The notes under the pieces: generated by a model
Seen by the model: only the letters and a program-made list of their open reading frames with translations
What the model was told of the DNA's origin: nothing
Databases searched by the model: none
Shown: one piece after another, positions 28,631 to 36,229 of the stretch
Position numbering within the stretch: position 1 is the first letter of the stretch
Layout of the letters: each line of letters starts with the position of its first letter
From: Planctomycetes bacterium UBA1146
GTDB lineage: Bacteria; Planctomycetota; UBA8108; UBA1146
Reading direction: 5' to 3'
NCBI GenBank assembly: GCA_002311345.1
Contig: DCAA01000023.1
Span: 59,494-123,493, forward strand
Length of the DNA stretch: 64,000 nt
Made by a program: the position numbers and the translations under genes

Positions 28631-29477
28631 CGGTCTCGATTTCGAGCACCTGAAAGCCGTTTGATTCGATTCTCGATCTGGTAATGGGAGCTCCCGCTGA
28701 CATCAGTACATGTCTCCCGTCAGGGCACCAGAGGTTTCCCGCCAGCACCTCTCTCGCCTCCAGGTCATCGACTTCGATGAGATGATCGAAAGCTGCCTCG
28801 AGCAGCGCCTGCCCGACCTCGTCGAAGGCACCCCGAACGTAGGCAGCACAACTCCCATCGAGGAGCGCCAGTGCTGTATCGAGATGATAGAAGGTTGGAT
28901 CCGGAAGCTGGAGGACGGCCACATCGAGCCCGAGTATCCTGCCCACCTCCAGATGGCAATCGAGTTCGCTGCGAGGCCCGACTCCACACCAGATCACCGC
29001 TCGACCAGGATGTCTCAGGGTGTCACCGTTGCCCTCCCAGAACCCCTCGATTCTGCTAGGGATCTGCTGGCAGGGCAGTCCGATCGCTTCCAGAGTTCGA
29101 CGATGAAGATGGGTTTCTTCTCGGCGGTCCGGATGGCTCATGCGGCTGAGGATCGCGCGCGGATTCCCTTCGGAGTCGCAGGTGACAAGGGAAGGATTGG
29201 CGGTGAATACCGCATCGACCAGATGTTCTTGCAACTCGAGCATATGAATCGAGAGTCCTAGCGACTCGATGGCATCTGCCAGATGGATCCACTGGGAGAG
29301 CGCCAGTTCTCGATCGATCGATCCGATGTGCCCTTCCATGTGAACATTATGCACATCGATCACATCGAAATGATCCGGTGAACAGAGCAGCGCACCCGTG
29401 ACGGGAACCTCGGATGGAACCAATCGGGGAGGATGGGAAAGCCATTGGTCCGCGGTGACGATCGATGCCATCGTCAT
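28566..29477 (-). CDS. Amidinotransferase/DDAH-like guanidino-group-modifying enzyme family protein
   Basis: The pentein-fold pattern ends with SGGSVFCMRQ, which holds the C-terminal catalytic Cys context. The start overlaps the mutY stop (ATGA). Confidence 0.55.
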   Translation of the reverse strand: MTMASIVTADQWLSHPPRLVPSEVPVTGALLCSPDHFDVIDVHNVHMEGHIGSIDRELALSQWIHLADAIESLGLSIHMLELQEHLVDAVFTANPSLVTCDSEGNPRAILSRMSHPDRREETHLHRRTLEAIGLPCQQIPSRIEGFWEGNGDTLRHPGRAVIWCGVGPRSELDCHLEVGRILGLDVAVLQLPDPTFYHLDTALALLDGSCAAYVRGAFDEVGQALLEAAFDHLIEVDDLEAREVLAGNLWCPDGRHVLMSAGAPITRSRIESNGFQVLEIETGEFLKSGGSVFCMRQEIREQL

Positions 29478-30538
29478 CGATGAACCTCCAGTAGCAGTTC
29501 TCTTGCTGCAGCGATCGATTTGCGATGCAGTGCCGGAAGCCGGTCTCCGCGGTCGATCGGGATCGTGCTCACGCCTTCAGGAAGATCGCCACTCCATCGA
29601 TAGAGCAGCGGGTAGATCTCCAGCTTCCTGTAGGTGATGGCGTGACGGAATCGATCGGCATGGCCGAGCAGAACCGGACTCTCGATGCCAAGCAGTTCCA
29701 GTTGCGCCGAGGCCAATTGTTCCGCATCGACTCCAGGTCCGGTGAGTTTCACCAGGGGTGGTCCCCGGTGTCCGCCGAGCAGTTCGCCGTCTGAACTCCA
29801 GATGAGAACCTGCTGGTCCTGGATCACCACTGCCGAAGCCCACCACTGCTGTTCTGTGGGTCGCTTCGGGCGTGGTTGCGGCCAGCGGGTTGGTTCCCCG
29901 CTGGCTCGCGCGACGCATCCGGTGGCCAGAGGGCATCGATGGCAGTCGGGGGAGCGTGAGGTACAGATCGAACGACCCAGATCCATCATCGCCTGGTTGT
30001 GATCGCCCGGATGATCACGATCGAGTGCTTCGTTGGCCGCCTGGCGTATGCGCTGTCGGGCATCGGCGCGGCGAGGATCCCCGTCGATCCCCAGGTAGCG
30101 ACATAGCACCCTCTCGACATTTCCATCGACCACCGCCAACGATTCACCGAAGGCGATGCTGCAGATGGCTGCCGTGGTGTATTCGCCGATTCCCGGTAAC
30201 TTGCGAACCTGTTCAGGATCGCGCGGAAACTGGCCGCCGTGATCGGTGACGATCATCTTTGCTGCCTGGTGCAGATTACGGCCACGCGAGTAGTAGCCGA
30301 GTCCAGCCCACATCTCGAGCACCTCATCGAGTCCGGCAGCGGCGAGCGACTGCGCGTCCGGATACTTGTCGATGAATCGATTCCAGTACCCGATCACCGT
30401 CGAGACCCGGGTTTGCTGCAGCATCACCTCGGAGAGCCAGATCGCGTAGGGATCACGGATACCCCGCCACGGTAGTTGCTGGTTCGACCGGCGATACCAG
30501 TCCGCCAGTTTCGTGGTGATCTGCCGGACCATCGTCAC
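29474..30538 (-). CDS. mutY: A/G-specific adenine DNA glycosylase
   Basis: LPWRGIRDPYAIWLSEVMLQQTRV, the HhH-GPD region, the 4Fe-4S cluster CTSRSPDCHRCPLATGC and a C-terminal NUDIX-like domain are all present. Confidence 0.9.
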   Translation of the reverse strand: MTMVRQITTKLADWYRRSNQQLPWRGIRDPYAIWLSEVMLQQTRVSTVIGYWNRFIDKYPDAQSLAAAGLDEVLEMWAGLGYYSRGRNLHQAAKMIVTDHGGQFPRDPEQVRKLPGIGEYTTAAICSIAFGESLAVVDGNVERVLCRYLGIDGDPRRADARQRIRQAANEALDRDHPGDHNQAMMDLGRSICTSRSPDCHRCPLATGCVARASGEPTRWPQPRPKRPTEQQWWASAVVIQDQQVLIWSSDGELLGGHRGPPLVKLTGPGVDAEQLASAQLELLGIESPVLLGHADRFRHAITYRKLEIYPLLYRWSGDLPEGVSTIPIDRGDRLPALHRKSIAAARELLLEVHR

Positions 30539-30777
30539 TCCCTACGGCCCAGGTGCGCTCGACGTCGAGGTTTACGGGAGGACAAATCCCGTGCTCCTGT
30601 GCGACCTGGGATACAATTCAGTGCTATGCTACAGGCTGCTCCTGAGCAAGTGATGACAGCAGGCCGGTGATGAGAACCGGATCGACCAACGCGATACTAC
30701 TCGAACTGCTATCGAGCAGTTCCTTGCTCGATCTCCCCGCTTCCCGATCATTCCTGAAGTGGGCTCAGCGGTTCGAA

Positions 30778-31653
30778 ATGCGGTGTGAAATGATCCGAGC
30801 GCGAATGCGAATTGTGACCCTGGTGGGGCTCTTCTGCGGTGGTTTCTGGGTGCCGTCGGATGCACAGGTTCTGTTCGAATACCAACCGACCCCTACCGAC
30901 ATCCCTTACGACCTGACCAGCGGGGAGGGGAGCGGCTCGGTGAGCATTTTCAACGTCGAGCTGCCAGCGAGCCTCGGGTTCCCGAACAATGTGCAGGGAT
31001 GGAGCCTGAGCCTGGCGCATGATCCCTCCATCCTCGAAGCCATCGAAATCGACCAGGGATCTTATATCCAGACCGTCAATAACGGAAACCCTCCGGATTT
31101 CTGGCAGACCTCCATCGAAGCGAACGGCATCACCATCGGCTCTGTTTATTGTTTCACCGGCTGCGCAAGTTGCGTCTACGAGATTCCGAAGGAGATCGCT
31201 GTCATCGGCTACCAGACCGTCGCGGCAACGCTTGCCGGGGACCTCGACGGGGAGACGACGACTCTCGTCTTCACACCGGTGGGCAACCCCCCGGTGACGA
31301 ATGTGATGGTGGTGAGTGGCACCTCCAACCCCGTCAACGGACAGGACGGGACCGTGAATCTCATCCCGGTCCTGGAACCGGAAATTGTCCGGGGTGACGC
31401 GAATGCGAACGGAGTCATCGAGCCTCTCGTGGATGGAATCACCGCCCTCAACTATCTGTTCGTGGGCGGGAGCACCGTCTCCTGTCTCGATACCCTCGAC
31501 TGCAACGACGATGCATCGGTCAACCTCGCTGATCCGATCATGCTACTGACGTGGGGCTTCGCGATGGGGTCTCCATTGCCGGCGCCGTTCCCCGATTGCG
31601 GAGCCGATCCGACCGATGATCTCCTGTCTTGCGATGCGAGTGGGTGCCCCTGA
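30778..31653 (+). CDS. Secreted protein F: one cohesin-like module (QGWSLSL/CFTGCA subtype) plus a dockerin-like module
   Basis: Signal peptide ...RIVTLVGLFCGGFWVPSDAQ. The module carries VQGWSLSLAHD...VYCFTGCAS...GNPPVTNV. The C-terminus has RGDANANGVIEPLVD...LDCNDDASVNLAD...PFPDCGADPTDDLLSCDASGCP. The start is one of ATG 30778, 30790 or 30805. Confidence 0.7.
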   Translation: MRCEMIRARMRIVTLVGLFCGGFWVPSDAQVLFEYQPTPTDIPYDLTSGEGSGSVSIFNVELPASLGFPNNVQGWSLSLAHDPSILEAIEIDQGSYIQTVNNGNPPDFWQTSIEANGITIGSVYCFTGCASCVYEIPKEIAVIGYQTVAATLAGDLDGETTTLVFTPVGNPPVTNVMVVSGTSNPVNGQDGTVNLIPVLEPEIVRGDANANGVIEPLVDGITALNYLFVGGSTVSCLDTLDCNDDASVNLADPIMLLTWGFAMGSPLPAPFPDCGADPTDDLLSCDASGCP

Positions 31654-31792
31654 GGGTGCTCAAGCGCTCGGCTGGACGATTTCATCGGGTTATCCACTCA
31701 ACACCATGCCGATCAGCGGCACTGCTCGTCCATCTACGATTCCCGACCCCCGGGATGCTGGCATCTGGCCACGGATTCACTACATTCCTTGC

Positions 31793-32881
31793 ATGAGCAA
31801 TAGTTTCGGAGAGTACCTCCGCATCACCACCTGGGGCGAGTCTCACGGCCCCGGAATCGGCGTCGTGATCGATGGCCTGCCGGCCGGGATTTCCGTCTCG
31901 GTCGAGACGATCGCTCGTGACCTGGCCCGGCGCAGACCCGGAGGGGCACTCGCATCGGCGCGCAAGGAGCCCGATGCGCCACAGATCCAGTCCGGACTCC
32001 ACGACGGCAAGACACTTGGCTCGCCACTGGCCATCTGGATCGAATCGGTCGATGCGCGCCCTGCAGATTACGACCAACTCTCAGAACTCTATCGACCGGG
32101 CCACGCAGACTTCACCACCGAGGCTCGCTACGGATTTCGCGATGCTCGCGGGGGCGGCCGCGCCAGTGCCCGTGAAACGGCAGCGCGTGTTGCTGCTGGA
32201 TCGGTTGCTCGAGCGATGCTCTCCAGTGAATACGGAATCGAAATCGTCGGCTGGGTCGATGCCATCGGGACGGCCCGTGCCGAAGTGAATCCGGCCCTCG
32301 TTCAATCGGAAGAGGTCGAGGCATCCGTCGTGCGCTGTCCCGTGACCGAAGCCTCCGAGGCGTTCATCGAAAAGATCGAGGCCGCCCGTGATGGCGGTGA
32401 CAGCCTCGGTGGTTGGGTTGGAGTGGTGGCACGCGGAGTTCCCGCCGGCTGGGGAGATCCGGTCTTTGGCAAGGTGAAAGCGTTGCTGGGCTCGGCGTTT
32501 CTGTCAATTCCTGCAGCGATGGCGATGGAAATGGGAGATGGGATCGCCGCGACCTCCAGAACCGGTAGTCAGAACAACGACCAGATGGTCCCCGATGGCA
32601 AGGGCGGTATGAGACAGGAGACCAATCGCTCGGGCGGATTGCAGGGTGGCATCACCAGCGGTGCGCCTTTGTGGGCTCGGGTCGGATTCAAGCCCACGTC
32701 CACAATTGCCACTTCCCAGCAGACGATCGACAGCTCGGGAAAGGCGGTGGCCTTCGAGGGTAGTGGCCGACATGATCCGTGCGTGGTTCCGCGGGCGGTA
32801 CCGATCGTCGAGGCGATGATGGCGCTGGTGCTGGCAGATCGGATGCTGGCCTGGCGTGCAACACCTCCTGCCAGTGAATAG
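31793..32881 (+). CDS. aroC: Chorismate synthase
   Basis: MSNSFGEYLRITTWGESHGPGIGVVIDGLPAG...RPGHADF...GGGRASARET...GRHDPCV. Confidence 0.95.
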   Translation: MSNSFGEYLRITTWGESHGPGIGVVIDGLPAGISVSVETIARDLARRRPGGALASARKEPDAPQIQSGLHDGKTLGSPLAIWIESVDARPADYDQLSELYRPGHADFTTEARYGFRDARGGGRASARETAARVAAGSVARAMLSSEYGIEIVGWVDAIGTARAEVNPALVQSEEVEASVVRCPVTEASEAFIEKIEAARDGGDSLGGWVGVVARGVPAGWGDPVFGKVKALLGSAFLSIPAAMAMEMGDGIAATSRTGSQNNDQMVPDGKGGMRQETNRSGGLQGGITSGAPLWARVGFKPTSTIATSQQTIDSSGKAVAFEGSGRHDPCVVPRAVPIVEAMMALVLADRMLAWRATPPASE

Positions 32882-32889
32882 GGGTTCCC

Positions 32890-33456
32890 TTGGCATGGAT
32901 CGATCATCTATCCGAACAAGAGGATGACAGCGGTACGCTGAAGAGGGTCTACGCGAGTTCTCGTTCGCGTGACGGAGAAGTCGCCCAGATTCTCCAGGTG
33001 ATGTCTGCCAGGCCTGATCTTCTCGAGAAGTACATCGATTTCTATGTGCAACTGATGCACCAGTCGGTCGGGCTTTCTCGTGCGGAGAGAGAGTGGGTGG
33101 CGGTTCTCACCAGCCAGCACAATGGCTGCCATTACTGAATCGAGTCTCACCTGCGCGATCTCGAATCCCAGACCGGGAGCGAGGATCTCGTTGAAGCGGT
33201 CCGGTCGGGCCCCGTCTCCCTCGATGATCGACTGCGAGCCATCGCTGCCTTCACCGAGAAACTGACCCTCCATCCGACCTCGATGAATGCTGGTGATATC
33301 GAGCATCTAAAGAGTACGGGCCTCGATGATGCGGCCATCATGGAACTGGTGCATGTGATCGGATTCTTCAATCACATCAACCGCGTTGCCGATGCTCTGG
33401 GGGTCGATCTCGAGACCTGGATGTCTCCTGCCGATCCCCGAGACCAGAAGAATTGA
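32890..33456 (+). CDS. AhpD/CMD-family peroxidase-related protein, probable selenoprotein (in-frame TGA at 33136-33138 read as Sec)
   Basis: LSRAEREWVAVLTSQHNGCHY-TGA-IESHLRDL matches the CMD motif N-x-C-x-Y-C-x-x-x-H, with TGA at the second Cys. The same frame stays open for 105 more codons with a family-like C-terminal half (RLRAIAAFTEKLT...VIGFFNHINRVADALG). Confidence 0.6.
33157..33187 (+). promoter_or_regulatory. Candidate bacterial SECIS stem-loop
   Basis: GATCTCGAATCCC-AGACC-GGGAGCGAGGATC forms about 11 bp with one bulge and a small internal loop. It starts 18 nt after the TGA, and the apical loop AGACC has G at position 2. Confidence 0.35.
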
Positions 33457-33538
33457 CTCTGGTTAGTGTCTCAGAGGGCGGTACGAACTCCTGACCGAGA
33501 TTTGAACCCTGCTGCGCCAGAGCGTAAGATGGAGATAT

Positions 33539-34852
33539 GTGCTGCACGGGTCCGGGTCGCTGCTGGAGTCGGATCTAGAGCAATCCGGTTTTCGAGATGA
33601 GGAAATGATGAGGAACGAATCAGATCGCGTTCAGAAGTTGCTGGTTCGAATACGAACCAGGCGACGTCTGCGGGCGGTGATGCATCATTCCGGAACGGCC
33701 GTAGCGGCGGCGATCTTCTCGGTGGCCCTGTTCAACTTGCTCGAGAGAATCATCTCCATCTCGGTTTCCGATCAGGTTTTCTATGGAGTCCCGGTAGCCC
33801 TCTTGCTGGCGGGGGGAGTGCTCGCTTTCCTGTCAGTTCGATCAGTTCCCCTGGTCGAGGCTGTCGAGGCGGAGAGACAGGGGGCGATCCCCCAGACCAT
33901 CTCCACCTCTCTACTTGCTCGTGATTCGGGGTTCTCCCCCGAGGCTGCTGACAAGATCATCGGCGATGCCCAGGTACTGGCGGCGAATGTCGATCCGCGA
34001 CGGGCGGTTCTGATCGGGAAACCGGGACACGGGAGGCGTGTACTCTATTCGCTGGCGGCGCTGATCCTTTCTCTCGTGATACCTGCAGTGGATCTGCTCG
34101 GCATCGAGGAGGAGGCCACGAAAAAGCAGCGAGAGTCGCACCGGATTGCCCGCAAGGAGTCCTCGCTCCAGCGCAGACTGCGTGAGGTTTCTCGACTCGC
34201 CGAGCGCCATCAGGTCGATGCTGAAACTCGCAAGTTACTGACTCGACTCGCTCAGAAACCTGAAGTACAGCCAACAAGTGAACTGTCGAATGAGCGACCC
34301 GAGCCGACAAAAAGCGCTCAGGATCGTGCCAGAAAAGCACGGCGTGTCGTTGCCAGTCGTCTGGAGAGAGATGCTCTCGCTTCGGCGCGCAATACCGCCG
34401 AGCGAGTGCGCCGCAGTGCAGAACAGTCCGGTGAGCCGAAATCAAAGGAGGGGCGCGAGTTGCAGCGGGCGATGCGCAAGGGAGATCTCGGGCGCGCAGC
34501 GATGGAACTGCAGAAACTGGCCCAGGCAGCCGGCCAGGATGGTGAGGCGGGCAAGCAAGCAAGAGAGGATCTGGCCCGTATCGCCAGTTCGATGGGGCTA
34601 CCCGATGACCTCGCGAGCAAACTCGCCCAGGCTTCCGGTGCTGGCGAATCAGGCGAACAGATCGATCCCAAGGATCTGCAGAATCTCACCCGGCAACTGG
34701 AGCAACTCGCACGATTGTTGCGCGAGAGTGATCTTCTCGACCACGCCCTCGACCAGATCAAGTTCACCGAGGCCGAGCTCAGTTCTTTACCTTCCGAATG
34801 GCCCGACGGACCTCCTCCACAGATTTGTCCCGATTGCCTTGCCGGGACGTGA
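33539..34852 (+). CDS. Membrane protein with a long charged coiled-coil region (hypothetical)
   Basis: Two or three hydrophobic segments are seen (AVAAAIFSVALFNLL, VPVALLLAGGVLAFL, LYSLAALILSLVIPAV). A Lys/Arg/Glu-rich helical region follows. The protein ends ...CPDCLAGT at a TGA. Confidence 0.6.
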   Translation: MLHGSGSLLESDLEQSGFRDEEMMRNESDRVQKLLVRIRTRRRLRAVMHHSGTAVAAAIFSVALFNLLERIISISVSDQVFYGVPVALLLAGGVLAFLSVRSVPLVEAVEAERQGAIPQTISTSLLARDSGFSPEAADKIIGDAQVLAANVDPRRAVLIGKPGHGRRVLYSLAALILSLVIPAVDLLGIEEEATKKQRESHRIARKESSLQRRLREVSRLAERHQVDAETRKLLTRLAQKPEVQPTSELSNERPEPTKSAQDRARKARRVVASRLERDALASARNTAERVRRSAEQSGEPKSKEGRELQRAMRKGDLGRAAMELQKLAQAAGQDGEAGKQAREDLARIASSMGLPDDLASKLAQASGAGESGEQIDPKDLQNLTRQLEQLARLLRESDLLDHALDQIKFTEAELSSLPSEWPDGPPPQICPDCLAGT

Positions 34853-34864
34853 CAGTTAACGGGA

Positions 34865-34909
34865 GGAGGAACCTGACAGGGTTCCTCCAGTGAACGAAGT
34901 TTCGTTCAC
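34865..34909 (+). other. Two adjacent perfect hairpins filling the spacer between two same-frame ORFs
   Basis: Hairpin 1 is GGAGGAACC-TGACAG-GGTTCCTCC (9 bp, 34865-34888). Hairpin 2 is GTGAACGA-AGTT-TCGTTCAC (8 bp, 34890-34909). ATG 34910 follows immediately. Confidence 0.6.
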
Positions 34910-35263
34910 ATGCTGAAGCAGGGCTCTCAACCGAATCCGGGAACGGGTGGTGCGATCACGCCCGGAGGAGGTGTGGCGTTACAACTCGGTGGCGGAGGAG
35001 GCCAGGTCCCGGATGCCAGGGATGGCGAGACCGGTACCCGACCGGAACAAGTGGGCGGTGGGGGACACCGAGGAGTTACCGTGGCCACCTTGCTGGTCGA
35101 AGGGGAAGCCCCCAGCGGAGAAGCAAGGACAGAATTGCGCCAAGCGGTCGAAGCGAGCGCTCGTCAGGCCGAGGCCGAACTCCAGAATCAGCGAGTGCCT
35201 CTGTCTCTTCGACAGGTGGCCAGAGATTACTTCGACCGTCTGCAAGGTCGAACGGACGACTGA
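34910..35263 (+). CDS. Gly-rich hypothetical protein (possibly the C-terminal continuation of 33539..34852)
   Basis: A Gly-rich N-terminus is followed by a helical tail ...RVPLSLRQVARDYFDRLQGR. The ORF is in the same frame as the upstream ORF, and no SD lies within 10 nt of the ATG. Confidence 0.5.
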   Translation: MLKQGSQPNPGTGGAITPGGGVALQLGGGGGQVPDARDGETGTRPEQVGGGGHRGVTVATLLVEGEAPSGEARTELRQAVEASARQAEAELQNQRVPLSLRQVARDYFDRLQGRTDD

Positions 35264-35305
35264 GCGGCGACGTCTCCGTTTTTCTACCTGCAGCGAATCG
35301 GGAGG

Positions 35306-36229
35306 GTGCGCATGCGCATGGGGGCCGGGTGCCTAGTCGTCTTACTCTTGACCTCCTGCTCATCTTCTTCGGTGGATCCTCTTTCCTTCATCGATTTCAT
35401 CGGAGGACCTGGTCGCGGCGTCGGCCGTTTCTTCCAGCCCCGTGCCATCACGGCCCTTCCTGGGGGAGATTGCATCGTGATCGATCGCAGTGGTCGTGTG
35501 CAACATTTCGATCAGGAGGGGCAACTCGAAGATGTATGGATGCTTCCGGAGTGGTCCGCTGGTCAGCCCGTCGATCTCTGTCATACCGACCAGGATACGT
35601 TGCTGGTGGCCGACACCCACTACATGAGAGTCATCGAGTTCGATCTTGACGGCAATGAGATCCGTCGCTTCGGTGAGGACGTGGGGCTGGAACTGGTTCG
35701 CGGCATCGATGTGGCACCGGACGGTTCCATCCTGGTTGCCTCTTACGGCATTCAGGATCGCATCTTCCGGTTTGATCGTGAAGGAAGTCTGATGTCGATC
35801 TGGGGTGAGCGCGGCGACGGGCACGATCAGTTCCTCCGACCCGAGGGGATTGCAGTGGCTCACGATGGTTCCGTGCTCGTCGTGGACTGTGGGCATCACC
35901 GGGTTCTGCGCTTCACTCTCGACGGAGACTACATCCAGACCATCGGTGGATCCGGTCGGGCTCCGGGTCAGTTTGATGACCCCTTCGACATCGACATCGT
36001 GGCCGATGGTAGTTTCGTGGTGGTCGATAAAGCCGGGTGCCGTATTCAGAGGTTTTCCAGCGATGGAACCCTGATGGCTGTCCAGGGGGGTATCGGCAGC
36101 AGTCCTGGCAGGCTCAGCGAGCCGCGCGGGATAGCGGTTGGTGAACGAGATGGTCACATCAGGGTTCTGGTGGCCGATACCGGAAATCACCGGGTGGTGG
36201 TGACACAGTTACCGGGAGGTCCATTTTGA
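35306..36229 (+). CDS. NHL-repeat beta-propeller lipoprotein
   Basis: The lipobox is LLLTSC. Repeated units such as F.RPEGIAVAHDGSVLVVDCGHHRVLRF and FDDPFDIDIVADGSFVVVDKAGCRIQRF are typical of NHL repeats. Confidence 0.8.
   Translation: MRMRMGAGCLVVLLLTSCSSSSVDPLSFIDFIGGPGRGVGRFFQPRAITALPGGDCIVIDRSGRVQHFDQEGQLEDVWMLPEWSAGQPVDLCHTDQDTLLVADTHYMRVIEFDLDGNEIRRFGEDVGLELVRGIDVAPDGSILVASYGIQDRIFRFDREGSLMSIWGERGDGHDQFLRPEGIAVAHDGSVLVVDCGHHRVLRFTLDGDYIQTIGGSGRAPGQFDDPFDIDIVADGSFVVVDKAGCRIQRFSSDGTLMAVQGGIGSSPGRLSEPRGIAVGERDGHIRVLVADTGNHRVVVTQLPGGPF

Noticed and set aside
35255-35285. Possible terminator after 34910..35263 (ACGGA...TCCGT followed by TTTTT).
   Set aside because: The stem is only 5 bp plus 2 interrupted pairs with an 18-nt loop. 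That is too weak to call, and the next gene starts 21 nt later.
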